Source: Octopus sinensis (lineage: Eukaryota). Taken from it: a DNA stretch of 36,475 bases. Both the position numbers and the translations under genes were made by a program. The notes under the pieces were generated by a model, which worked only from the letters and a program-made list of their open reading frames with translations, had not been told where the DNA came from and did not search any database. The stretch is taken from contig NW_021824676.1 of the NCBI RefSeq assembly GCF_006345805.1, forward strand, positions 1 through 36,475, read 5' to 3'. Each line of letters starts with the position of its first letter. Position 1 is the first letter of the stretch. Below are positions 1 through 9,639 of the stretch, in pieces.

Positions 1-689
1 TTTCCATGCAAGCTCACTGCAATCTTTTCATCGATTTCACCTCACGGAGTTTGATCATGGGTGTGTGTGTGCGTGTGTGTACGTATGTGTGTTTGTGTGT
101 GTGTATGTATGCATATATGTATGTATGTTCTACATTATCAAATACAAATTTTGTTCTTTATTTGTAAACAGGTAACATATTGTATATATTACAAACACCT
201 GAACCGGATGAGTTAAGAACTGCGAAAACGGAGTCGAGAGGAATGAACTGATATCAGAACTATGCAAGGTGGTAGCTAAATGCTGTTACATATGCAGAAT
301 TGAAATTCATACAAATTTTGGCACGTATATATATATATATATATACACATACATACCTAGTAAGAAAAACACATGAATACATGTATCTGTTTATCTCTAT
401 CAGACGCGCATAATCTAAAGAAGGGCAATGCGACAATGTCCATCTTCCCCTATCTCTGTCTCTACATATATGTAGGTGTATATATGTGCATACAAATGTA
501 TATGTATGTAATATATTAGTATTATGTATGATTATGTAAGTATATAAGTGTGTGCATGTATATATATAAATATAAGTATGTATATATCTATTATATATAT
601 ATATGTTTATATATAAAGATATATATACATATACATATATATGTACACAGATATATGTACACTTCTGTATGTATGTGTATGTATGTATC

Positions 690-745
<56 letters not shown>

Positions 746-1373
746 TCCACATAGATACCTGGGTAACTTATTTCGTATTCATAGAGTAGTAATCCATAGT
801 GTATATTGAAATTGTTTTCGTTTCTTTGAGCTTTTTTTAGCAGTTGCTTTTTTTTCATACTATATTTTTCAATATTCGATTTATTTATTTATTTTTCTTT
901 TATTTATTTTATTTTATTATTTATTTCCCCTCGCTATAACCAAGCATTTCAACGAGAAAGAAAAAAAAAATGCTAAAATAACATTGAAACTTCACAGAAC
1001 GGCTTTTACAATGTTCCAGTGTCTGACAATCGACTTTGAAAATTGTCGAAATAAGTTTCGATTCTCTTTTTTTTTTATCAGTTTTGGGGAGTTTTTTTTT
1101 TCAGACTAGTGTTTGAATTGTTTAGTTTAGTTTTTGTCTTTGTGTTTTCTTTAATTTTTTTTTATCTAAAATTTTTTTTCTGCATTTACTTCGTTATTTT
1201 TATTCTGCAGTCGTTTTTGTTTTGCTATATGTGTGTGTGTGTCTGTGAGTTGACATACACAGGCACATAGATATACATATGTATAAGCATATATACGTAT
1301 TCATGTATGCATGCACACACATACACATATATATATATACCATACATAGTAAAATATAGAATAATATATGTGT

Positions 1374-1408
<35 letters not shown>

Positions 1409-1750
1409 GTAAAATATAATGTACCATATATATATATATATATACATATATAATACAATACAAAATATATATATATGTATATATATATAGGTATATATAT
1501 ATTTACGTATATATATGCATATATGTATGTATATGTATGTATGATTATCCGAACTGCTTACATATATATATATGTGTGTGTGTGTTCGTGTGTGTGTGTG
1601 TGTGCGTGTGTGTGTGTGTGTGTGTGTATAACAACATATATTCATAAATATACATATATATATACAATACGTTTGTGTATACATGTATGCATACATACAC
1701 ACGCATACACGTATATCATATGAATTATATATACATTATATGTGTGTGTA

Positions 1751-1885
1751 TAGAAGAAGAAGAAGAGAAAAGAAGAAGAAGAAGAGAAGAAGAAGAAGAA
1801 GAAGAAGAGAAGAAGAAGAAGAAGAAGAGAAGAAGAAGAAGAAGAAGAAGAAGAAGAAGAAGAAGAGAAAAGAAGAAGAAGAAAA
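1751..1885. repeat. (GAA)n purine microsatellite
   Basis: Near-pure AGA/GAA run; source of the poly-E/K/R pseudo-ORFs. Confidence 0.97.
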
Positions 1886-2509
1886 AATATACAATAAAAA
1901 ATTAATGTCGTATATATATATAATCTAAATCCATATATAAGATATATAACAAATGATATACTGCATATACTTTTACGTTATTTATATATTATATATATAT
2001 ATTATATATATAATATAGATATATATTATATATATATACACAAATATATATATTTATAATATATATACAAATGATATATTTACGTCAATAATATATGTGC
2101 GTGTGTGTGCGTATGTGTGTCATCATAGGCCACGGATATAATTATAAATATTTATATGTACGTATGTGTGTATCTATGTATATATATATATGTGTGTGTG
2201 TGTGTCTGCGTGTGTATGTATGAATATATTATATATATAAATATATATATATATTAGACAACAGAGAATAAAGAAGAAAACTTCGAAAAAATTATGTATA
2301 GAAGAACGACGTTTATCCGAGCGTTTGTCACAAGAGTTTTTTTGGCAATCAACTCTTTCTCAGACTATGATAGATAATATTCTTTGCTTTTCTTTTCCTG
2401 TCTGTTATTGAATGCATTGGACAGAATTTAAGCGACAACTAAAGTTAATGCATCTTGGCAGACAATTATTGGTAATCAGTTTCATATTAAACCCTATTTT
2501 TGCCTATCT

Positions 2510-2568
2510 TATTATCATTATTATTATTATTATCATCATAATCTTCATTATTATTATTATTATTATTA

Positions 2569-2610
<42 letters not shown>

Positions 2611-2635
2611 TTATTATTATTATTATCGTCATTAA
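2510..2635. repeat. (ATT)n microsatellite
   Basis: Direct reading. Confidence 0.95.
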
Positions 2636-3226
2636 TTGAGGGTTGCTGTTATCGTTTTTGTTCTTGCTTTTTGCTCGTTGGCTTGATACAGCTTGGGGGT
2701 GATTGTCTTATCTGTCGGCGGTTCGTACGCGTTTAAAATCGTAGCTGACCCTCGATATTCGTAGCTGACCCTCGATATAAGGTACGTAAATGGGAATTGA
2801 TGGCTTAGTCGCTGTTGTTTCTGTTAGTTGGGGAGGGTTTCTCCTGCTACTGCAGCAGCTGTTGGTGGTAGTGGTGGTGATGGTGGTGGTGTTGCTGTTT
2901 TGTTAATCTCTGATCGAGAACACCTATGGCTGTCAGTGTTCCAGATGTAATCATTTGGTCTTTATTTCCCTTTCCGTTTTTTTTGTTTTTTTTTCGCTGC
3001 CTTTTCTAACTCAATAGGCTTCAATATGAAACATTTCGCTGCAACTCCAATGTGAAATACGTAAGATATTCATATTTTTTCTCAGTCTCTAAACGCTTTG
3101 ACAGTATTTCTAGGGGCATTAGCTTTTGAAGCCTTTTAGGGGCTGTTATAGATTCATGAACCAATGCGAACTTCATGACTGCGTGCTAACGAAAACATTT
3201 CAAACATTTCTTATATGATTCTCCGC

Positions 3227-3412
3227 AAGGCGGCGAGGTAGCAGAATCATTACCGCACCGGGCAAAATGCCTTGTGATATTTCGTCCATCTTTATGTTCT
3301 GACATCAAATTCCGCCAAGGTCGATAAAACAAGTACCAGTTGAGCACTTAGATCGATGTAATCGATTTTTGCCCCTCCCCCGAAGTTGCTGGCTTTATTC
3401 CAAAATTGGAAA
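3227..3412 (+). mobile_element. tRNA-derived SINE, family B (diverged, internally deleted)
   Basis: Head AAGGCGGCGAGGTAGCAGAATC (A-box-like), CATCAAATTCC (B-box-like), GGTCGATAAAACAAGTACCAGT core; aligns by eye to the copy at 10757-10960. Confidence 0.85.
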
Positions 3413-3496
3413 CTATTATACGATTCTTCTGTTGATAGCAGTGTGACACACTACCCAGCTTAGTATACATATTTTCATCGAAAGGAGAAGCTTAAT

Positions 3497-3700
3497 TATT
3501 TTTACTCTAGGTACAAGGCCTGAAATTTTGGGGGAGGAGGCCAGTCGATTAGATTGACCCCAGTACACTACTGGTACTTAATTTATCGACCCCGAAATTA
3601 TGAAAGGCAAAGTCGTCCTCGGCGCTATTTGATCTCAGAACGTAATGACAGGATATACTGCAAACCATTTCGCCCGGAGTGCTAACGTTTCTGTCAAGCT
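3497..3700 (-). mobile_element. tRNA-derived SINE, family B
   Basis: TACTCTAGGTACAAGGCC...CTGGTACTTAATTTATCGACCCC...GCTAACGTTTCTG; matches copies at 17614-18012, 20277 and 32155. Confidence 0.92.
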
Positions 3701-4068
3701 TAGTTGAACATCTTATAATATACTTTTACGAAGCATTTACTCTCTGATTTACCATGCTGGTTAAAGGTATTCTTCTTCAAGCGACTGCAACTAGAATGTC
3801 TCCCATTACCATTGGAATAAATTCTCTTTCTTGTGTATCTCTGGTAGTAGCAGCAATGTCGTAGAGTAGTCTTTGTCTTTTAACAGAGTGCAGAGGTCAC
3901 GAAAATGTTATAACTAATATGGTCTGTTGTCCAGTATGATAGCAGTTGCCACCAATGTCGATCCAGCATTGCACAAAAATAGTACACGTGGGTGGATTGT
4001 GTTCATACATCTGTTCGTCGGTCTTGTGTTCATGTGATGAGAAACCTATTATATATATATACATATGA

Positions 4069-4420
4069 CCGCGGGCCATACGTCCCCTGCCCAATTCAGG
4101 ATCACAACATATAGATACACTGCGATATAGTTTCTTTTCCTCAACAGGCCCTGCTCTGTTTAACATTATCTCTAAACAGATCGAAGAGGAAAAGGATCAC
4201 ATAACCTTTAAACGGTGTCTGGGGAAATTTCTTCAAGGAATACCGGATAAGCCACCGATACCTGGATACAACTCACTCAACAAGAACTCAGTACTTGAAT
4301 GGAACACGATACCACAAAACTTGACTTTAAAAGGATTTAGATAATCCTATCAGGTGGCGCTATTAAGTTAGACAGGACCTGGACCAATCTTTGGTCGAAA
4401 CATATCTAAGTTTTTAAGTT
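4069..4420 (+). mobile_element. 3' end of a CR1/L2-group LINE (ORF2 C-terminus plus 3' UTR)
   Basis: Frame 4069-4344, no ATG, reads PRAIRPLPNSGSQHIDTLRYSFFSSTGPALFNII...TFKRCLGKFLQGIPDKPPIPGYNSLNKNSVLEW...*. This fits the 'F...GP.LFN..P......FK..LD.FL..IPD.P..PGY....NS' terminus of invertebrate CR1/L2-type RT ORFs. Confidence 0.8.
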
Positions 4421-4442
4421 TCATATATATATGTAAATGTCG

Positions 4443-4628
4443 CTATGATAGATCGTTAGCCACTACACACATTTTTTCTCTCCTTGTTTTTTCTGTGTCC
4501 CTTTCAGTAGAAGAGCGTAGGCTCGAAACGTAAAATACTTTTTTCTGTTCCTGGGCGTTATGCTAATACATCTGTTTGTTTTGTACACCACCTGTCTTCG
4601 TCTTTGGTTTTTTTCGTAAACTCTCCCT
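4443..4628 (+). mobile_element. Short Penelope-terminus-like repeat with a degenerate minimal hammerhead
   Basis: CTTT-CAGTAGA-A-GAGC GTAG GCTC-GAAAC-GTA-AAAT at 4501-4536; shares GATCGTT(A/G)GC and CTAATAC motifs with the element at 9015-9210; flanked by (TA)n. Confidence 0.55.
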
Positions 4629-4656
4629 GTATATATATATATATATATATATATAG

Positions 4657-4712
<56 letters not shown>

Positions 4713-4862
4713 AATTAAGGACTGAACACGAAAAGCGGACAGTCAACATGCTAGATATAGACGTCAAATCGCCATTCTCCACAAAAAGTCTATGTTCTCA
4801 GATCAAACTCAACAAAACCAAAGCAATAAACAAGTGAAAAATATACGAAAATAAATATTTAC

Positions 4863-4928
4863 CCATGTACTAAATTTAGTTTCGGTTGTTATTTTCCGCA
4901 AGGAAAAGTGCAACCATCATCAGCATGG
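4863..4928 (-). ncRNA. Type I hammerhead ribozyme (copy 1)
   Basis: Minus strand: CCATG-CTGATGA-T-GGTTG[CACTTTTCCTTGCGGAAAATAA]CAACC-GAA-ACTA[AATT]TAGT-A^CATGG. Stem I 5 bp, stem II 5 bp, stem III 4 bp, full core, GUA cleavage triplet (cut between 4868 and 4867). Confidence 0.92.
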
Positions 4929-5375
4929 TCCCATATAAAATGCAATTTGCTATACTAAATGCCAATACGATACCGAAATATCGCGTGCATGGAGTACGGC
5001 CTATTACATTTGAAATATATATTTCAAATGTCTCTACTTTTGGCGCGATGAGACCCGAGAAAACTAGCCTGCAGCTAATAGTTAGTAGCAGTTAATTTAT
5101 CGGTTAGAGCACAAATATTTATATAAAATTAAATTTAGGGTAAAAATTGATATTTATCAATTAGAACCAGTGGTCTAGCATATTAAAGAAAGAATCCGAA
5201 GATTAAAATATTTATATATACCAATTAAGGACTGAACACGAAAAGTGGACAGTCAACATGCTAGATAGACGTCAATCGCCATTCTCCATCTCCTCAAAAA
5301 GTCTATGTTCTCAGATCAAACTCAACACAAAACCAAAGCAATAAACAAGTGAAAAATATACGAAATAATATTTAC

Positions 5376-5440
5376 CCATGTACTAAATTAGTTTCGGTTG
5401 TTATTTTCCGCAAGGAAAAGTGCAACCATCATCAGCATGG
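5376..5440 (-). ncRNA. Type I hammerhead ribozyme (copy 2)
   Basis: Same as copy 1 except the stem III loop is 3 nt (ACTA-ATT-TAGT); cut between 5381 and 5380. Confidence 0.9.
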
Positions 5441-5900
5441 TCCCATATAAAATGCAATTTGATATACTACATGCCAACACGATATCGAAATATCGCGTGC
5501 ATGGAGTACTGCTATTACATTTGAAATATATATTTCAAATGTCTCTACTTTTGGCGCGATGAGACCCGAGAAAACTAGCCTGCAGCTAATAGTTAGCAGC
5601 AGTTATTTATCGGTTAGAGAACAATATTTTATATAAATTAAGTTTAGGGTAAAAATTGATATTTATCAATTAGAACCAGTGGTCTAGCATATTAAAGAAA
5701 GAATCCGAAGATTAAAATATTTATATATACCAATTAAGGACGAACACGAAAAGTGGACAGTCAACATGCTAGATATAGACGTCAGATCGCCATTCTCCAC
5801 AAAAAGTCTCTGTTCTCAGATCAAACTCAACAAACAAACCAAAGCAATAAACAAGTGAAAAATATACGAAATAAATATTTACCCATAATTATATATATAT

Positions 5901-5962
<62 letters not shown>

Positions 5963-6106
5963 GGGTGGTTGTGATATGTTTGTGTTTGTGTGTGTGTTAT
6001 ATCTCGTTTAGGCATCGCATCTTATAGCAGAAACAGCTGTGTAAGTAATGAAATTCTTAAGATAATATTCATTTCTTTGACCAGCTCTCTTTCGTATATA
6101 TATATA

Positions 6107-6411
6107 CTAGCAGTATCGCCCGGCGTTGCTCGGGTTTGTAAGGGAAATAACTATATAAGCATTTTAGAGAGTTACTTCCCTTATATAGCCCGAGCAAAAA
6201 TCATTAAAAATGCGGAAAAATGATGGTAATTTTTTTTTAATCGTAGACTCATCGTAGACGCGCGCTAATACCCAGAGGGGCTCGATATGAATGACGACTA
6301 TAAGATACCCGCTTTTGGTTAAACTGCACCGCAAAATGTGGGAGTAGTTAGGAATCTAAATCGGAGGGAGACAGAGTCTCACACACACAACTTCAAATTT
6401 ATATATAAAGA
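6107..6411 (-). mobile_element. Non-autonomous Helitron
   Basis: Minus strand A|TC...hairpin CCCG-AGCAACGC-CGGG...CTAG|T; short (CA)n near the 5' end; 3' end shared with 7671-8054. Confidence 0.8.
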
Positions 6412-6586
6412 TATAATTTTTGCCCTATTTTCATAACTCGTTCTGGTTTAAATTGAACTGATTACGTTCATTTCAAATACACGTTGTCGCTTCCATGCCG
6501 GTCGATTCTTGCTTCAATGTTCTTTATATTAGTTGCTTTTATTTATTTATTTTTAATCAATTTGCATTACTCTTTTACCCTTTACT

Positions 6587-6985
6587 ATTTTACTTGTTTC
6601 AGTCATTTGACTGCGGCCATGCTGGAGCACCGCCTTTAGTCGAGCAAATCGACCCCAGGACTTATCATTTGTAAGCCTAGTACTTATTCTATCGGTCTCT
6701 TTTGCCGAACCGCTAAGTTACGGGGGACGTAAACACACCAGCATCGGTAGTCACGCGATGTTGGGGGGACAAACAGACACACAAACACACACACACACAC
6801 ATATATATATACATATATACGACGGCTTTCTTTCAGTTTCCGTCTACCAAATCCACTCACAAGGCTTTGATTGGCCCGAGGCTATAGTAGAGGACACTTG
6901 GCCAAGGTGCCACGCAGTGGGACTGAACCCGGAACCATGTGGTTGGTAAGCAAGCTACTTACCACACAGCCATTCCTGCGCCTAT
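6587..6985 (-). mobile_element. tRNA-derived SINE, family A (full length)
   Basis: Minus head ATAGGCGCAGGAATGGCTGTGTGG (A box)...GGTTCAGTCC (B box), CACCTTGGCCAAG core, internal (CA)/(TA) tract, tail GGCCGCAGTCAAATGACTGAAACAAG; several copies in window. Confidence 0.95.
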
Positions 6986-7220
6986 GCTGTAACATTTATC
7001 TGAACTTCTTTGTATCTTATATCTTTTTTATTGTGTATATTCCTAGTTCTGATATCTTTGTGGCTTCAAGACAAATCTTCCTAAGTTAGCAAGTCTGTTG
7101 ATACTCGAAGTTACTTCGATATCAGATTTACTCCTACATTGTCGTGCAGTTACTGTTTTTTACCTCGTTTAGAGGTTTATTATTGCTTGCAGACAGTTTT
7201 TCGAAATCAATGATGAAAAG

Positions 7221-7451
7221 TTACAGAAAAAACGATAAAAGTATTTGCATTGGGACATCCTTCATCGAAAACCGGTGATTGTCGTACGCCGATGACAGGT
7301 CAATACCTAGAAACTGCAGTCCGTGCGTATCACTTAAGTTGACGAGGGAGGGATGACCTCCCTTTGCAAATACCATAAGGACACAGAAAGTTTGCCTAAA
7401 GCCAGCTGGAGACGATGTTCTCCTGGGGCTACAAGCTACAGTAACACCCAC
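7221..7451 (-). pseudogene. Decayed non-LTR reverse transcriptase fragment (domains 2-3)
   Basis: ORF contains SPAGFRQ, then 31 residues to LGIDLSSAYD; matches the Q.GFR...F.D...A(F/Y)D spacing of LINE RTs. Confidence 0.55.
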
Positions 7452-7670
7452 CCTTAGTGGTTAGTCATATTGAGATGGCAAGTATACCTTACATTGTCCT
7501 ACAAATCATTTAAACGAAATATTGTAGGGGTTTCGATTTTGAGTAGTGTGGCTTTATATATGCATGCAGTTTAGAAACAAATTCCTCTCGTGTACATTTA
7601 TCGTTTGTTTGTCGTTGATTTTATTTTGCAAGACAAGATGAATAATATCTGACTCAGTTTTATATTACAC

Positions 7671-8054
7671 CTAGCAGCATCGCCCGGCGTGCTCGGGTTT
7701 GTAAGGGAAATAACTATAAAGCATTTTTAGAGAGTTATAGCCAAAAATAGCAAAAAAATTGAAAAAAAATTATGGTAAATTTTTTTTTTTTGAGAGTTAA
7801 AAAAGGTCGAGTTGCGTCCCCTAGACAGTCTGTGGTTTGCGTTTCTGATTCTCGACCCCATGTCGAATTTATCGATTTTTTTCAGAACTGGGGAACTTTT
7901 CAAAATTTTCGCTGCGTTAGTTTTGAATTATGACATTTGGCTATGTGTGTGTCAAGTTTCATCATCAGAATCGGTTGAAAGCCGTGGTCAGGGTGAGGGT
8001 ACAACCTAACAGACACACAGACACGCAGACAGACAAACTGCCGTTTTATATAGA
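7671..8054 (-). mobile_element. Non-autonomous Helitron
   Basis: A|TC start, (CTGT)n near the 5' end, hairpin CCCG-AGCACGC-CGGG, CTAG end. Confidence 0.8.
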
Positions 8055-8055
8055 T

Positions 8056-8107
<52 letters not shown>

Positions 8108-8225
8108 TATATTATATAATATATAGATATATATGTACGTATGTATGTATGTATGTATGTATGTATGTATGATTTTCACGTTTTATTTACAATCTTGTAA
8201 TAATATATATAAATATAATATAAAT

Positions 8226-8424
8226 AATGAAATGATAGAATACAAAATGTCCATTCTGATTTAACTCCTACTTTTATCCATTAGAGTATGCAATCTTCAG
8301 GTTCACGTTTTACAATTTACAACTGTCTATATACCACTACTATATGAACCTGAAGATTGCATACTTTAATGTATGAAAGTACTAGTTCAATCAGAATAGA
8401 CATTTAATATTCTATCATTTCATT
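8226..8424. mobile_element. Foldback/MITE-like element, ~80-bp imperfect inverted arms
   Basis: AATGAAATGATAGAAT...GAGTATGCAATCTTCAGGTTCA (8226-8305) vs TGAACCTGAAGATTGCATACT...ATTCTATCATTTCATT (8345-8424). Confidence 0.75.
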
Positions 8425-8524
8425 ATATCGTATTATATCATATTATTATAAGACTGTAAATAAAACGTGAAGATCAAAGTTGGAATTTATTTGAGTAATA
8501 TTTTCTTCTATACACAATCATACA

Positions 8525-8645
8525 AACCCAAGGCGATTTTGAAATCCCTTCATCGCCCAGGTTTAAGCTCCATAGATAAGAATAAATGCACTCTACACAT
8601 ACTGCTCTGACCTTTTGAAACTTGCTACAGACACTCCATTCCATT
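8525..8645 (-). pseudogene. RTE-type LINE ORF relic (post-RT region)
   Basis: With one frameshift reads CVECI..ILIYGA*TWAMKGFQNRLG, resembling RTE 'CVESILLYG.ETW'. Confidence 0.6.
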
Positions 8646-8687
8646 TTTATTAGTATAAGCAAGTCTTCCTAACAATCAGTGATGTAG

Positions 8688-8773
8688 TGCCGTATGTGTT
8701 GGAGGTCATTGTCTTCTTTGACGTGTGCGTCACTATATACATACATATATATATGTGTGTGTGTGTGTGTGGT

Positions 8774-8808
<35 letters not shown>

Positions 8809-8859
8809 ATATAGTGACGCACAAGTCAAAGAAGCCAATGACCTCCAACACCTAAGGCA
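8688..8859. mobile_element. MITE with ~57-bp TIRs around a (TG)n core
   Basis: 8688-8744 is the reverse complement of 8803-8859 with about 4 mismatches. Confidence 0.8.
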
Positions 8860-9014
8860 TATATAAATATAAAATATGAATTAGAGATAAAACCACTATT
8901 ATGCAATGCAAACAGTCATAGACCTCAAAAAGTATAAAAATGAATGGTCAATATATAATAAGTAATAATATATATAGTATATAATATATATATATATATG
9001 TATATATAATCAAA

Positions 9015-9210
9015 ACACAAAAACGAAGAAAAACACACAAGAAAAGCAACAAAGCGTAGGCGTGGTACATGTAAAGTATTAGCAGACGCTCATGGAAGGA
9101 AAGAAAGGTAGTTTTACGTTTCGAGGAAAGCTCTTCTTCAGAAACATGAGACAAGGGAAAGTCCAAGAGAAAAGGAAGACGGAGGAAAAAAATCGCCAAC
9201 GATCCACATT
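9015..9210 (-). mobile_element. Short Penelope-terminus-like repeat carrying a minimal hammerhead
   Basis: Contains the HHR at 9111-9145; related to 4443-4628; abuts (TA)n. Confidence 0.55.
9111..9145 (-). ncRNA. Minimal type I hammerhead ribozyme
   Basis: GTTT-CTGAAGA-A-GAG[CTTTC]CTC-GAA-ACGT-A^AAAC: intact core, loopless palindromic stem III (ACGT), 4-bp stem I, GUA site. Confidence 0.75.
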
Positions 9211-9310
9211 TAGTTAGATTTATATGTATAGAAAAAGCATACAAGCTTCATGTAAAGCACAGACTGTTCAACCAGTGTTTCAAACAACAGCAGGAAACCT
9301 TCAAGTTTAC

Positions 9311-9554
9311 ATTCTAGCTCCTTTTCTCCTTGTAGTTGTAGTGGATTACGTCTTTATGCAAAATCATCAACCCCTCTAAGACAAAGACCTCACCATCAAA
9401 TAGATATAATCAAGATATGAACAGGGTGTATATCTTTCTAACCATGACCATGCCGATGATCTTGCTTCTACAGCTCATCATGTGTGATGTTCAAGTCTTA
9501 TTAACATCCCTTCAAAATGCAGCAACCAAATTTGGTCTGTTTCTCAAAGCATAA
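9311..9554 (+). pseudogene. RTE-type LINE reverse transcriptase relic (domains 4-5)
   Basis: Single frame with stops: ILAPFLLVVVVDYVFMQ...LSNHDHADDLASTAHHVCDVQVLLTSLQNAATKFGLFLKA*. HADD replaces YADD. Confidence 0.8.
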
Positions 9555-9639
9555 CGTCTGAATGCAATGGCTACCAAGGAATATGACAGCCATTTGCCCA
9601 TTAAAGGTGTACATGATAGTTAACGAAATAAAAGGCTGC

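Larger units (their letters stand above)
4711..5886 (-). mobile_element. Retrozyme-like tandem array: ~510-bp unit x2.3 with hammerhead ribozymes
   Basis: Units start CCAATTAAGG at 4711, 5221 and 5730; the third is truncated at 5886. There is one complete HHR per full unit, and the array is embedded between (TA)n tracts. Confidence 0.85.

Noticed and set aside
172-251. Possible terminal exon after TTTGTAAACAG: NILYILQTPEPDELRTAKTESRGMN*
   Set aside because: Short, no recognisable family and no partner exons.
550-1930. Many 60-200 aa ORFs (YI, CV, HT, poly-E/K/I/S), here and throughout the window
   Set aside because: They are translations of microsatellites with no domain content.
2290-2350. 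HHR-like register on minus (AAC-TCTTGTGA...TAAACGTC-GTT)
   Set aside because: The core and stem II are too degenerate.
2739-2778. Perfect 20-bp tandem duplication TCGTAGCTGACCCTCGATAT x2
   Set aside because: Real but an ordinary slippage or repair duplication; there are no spacers, so it is not CRISPR-like.
7955-7975. CTGATGA-T-GAAAC on minus inside the Helitron
   Set aside because: No room for stem II; coincidental.
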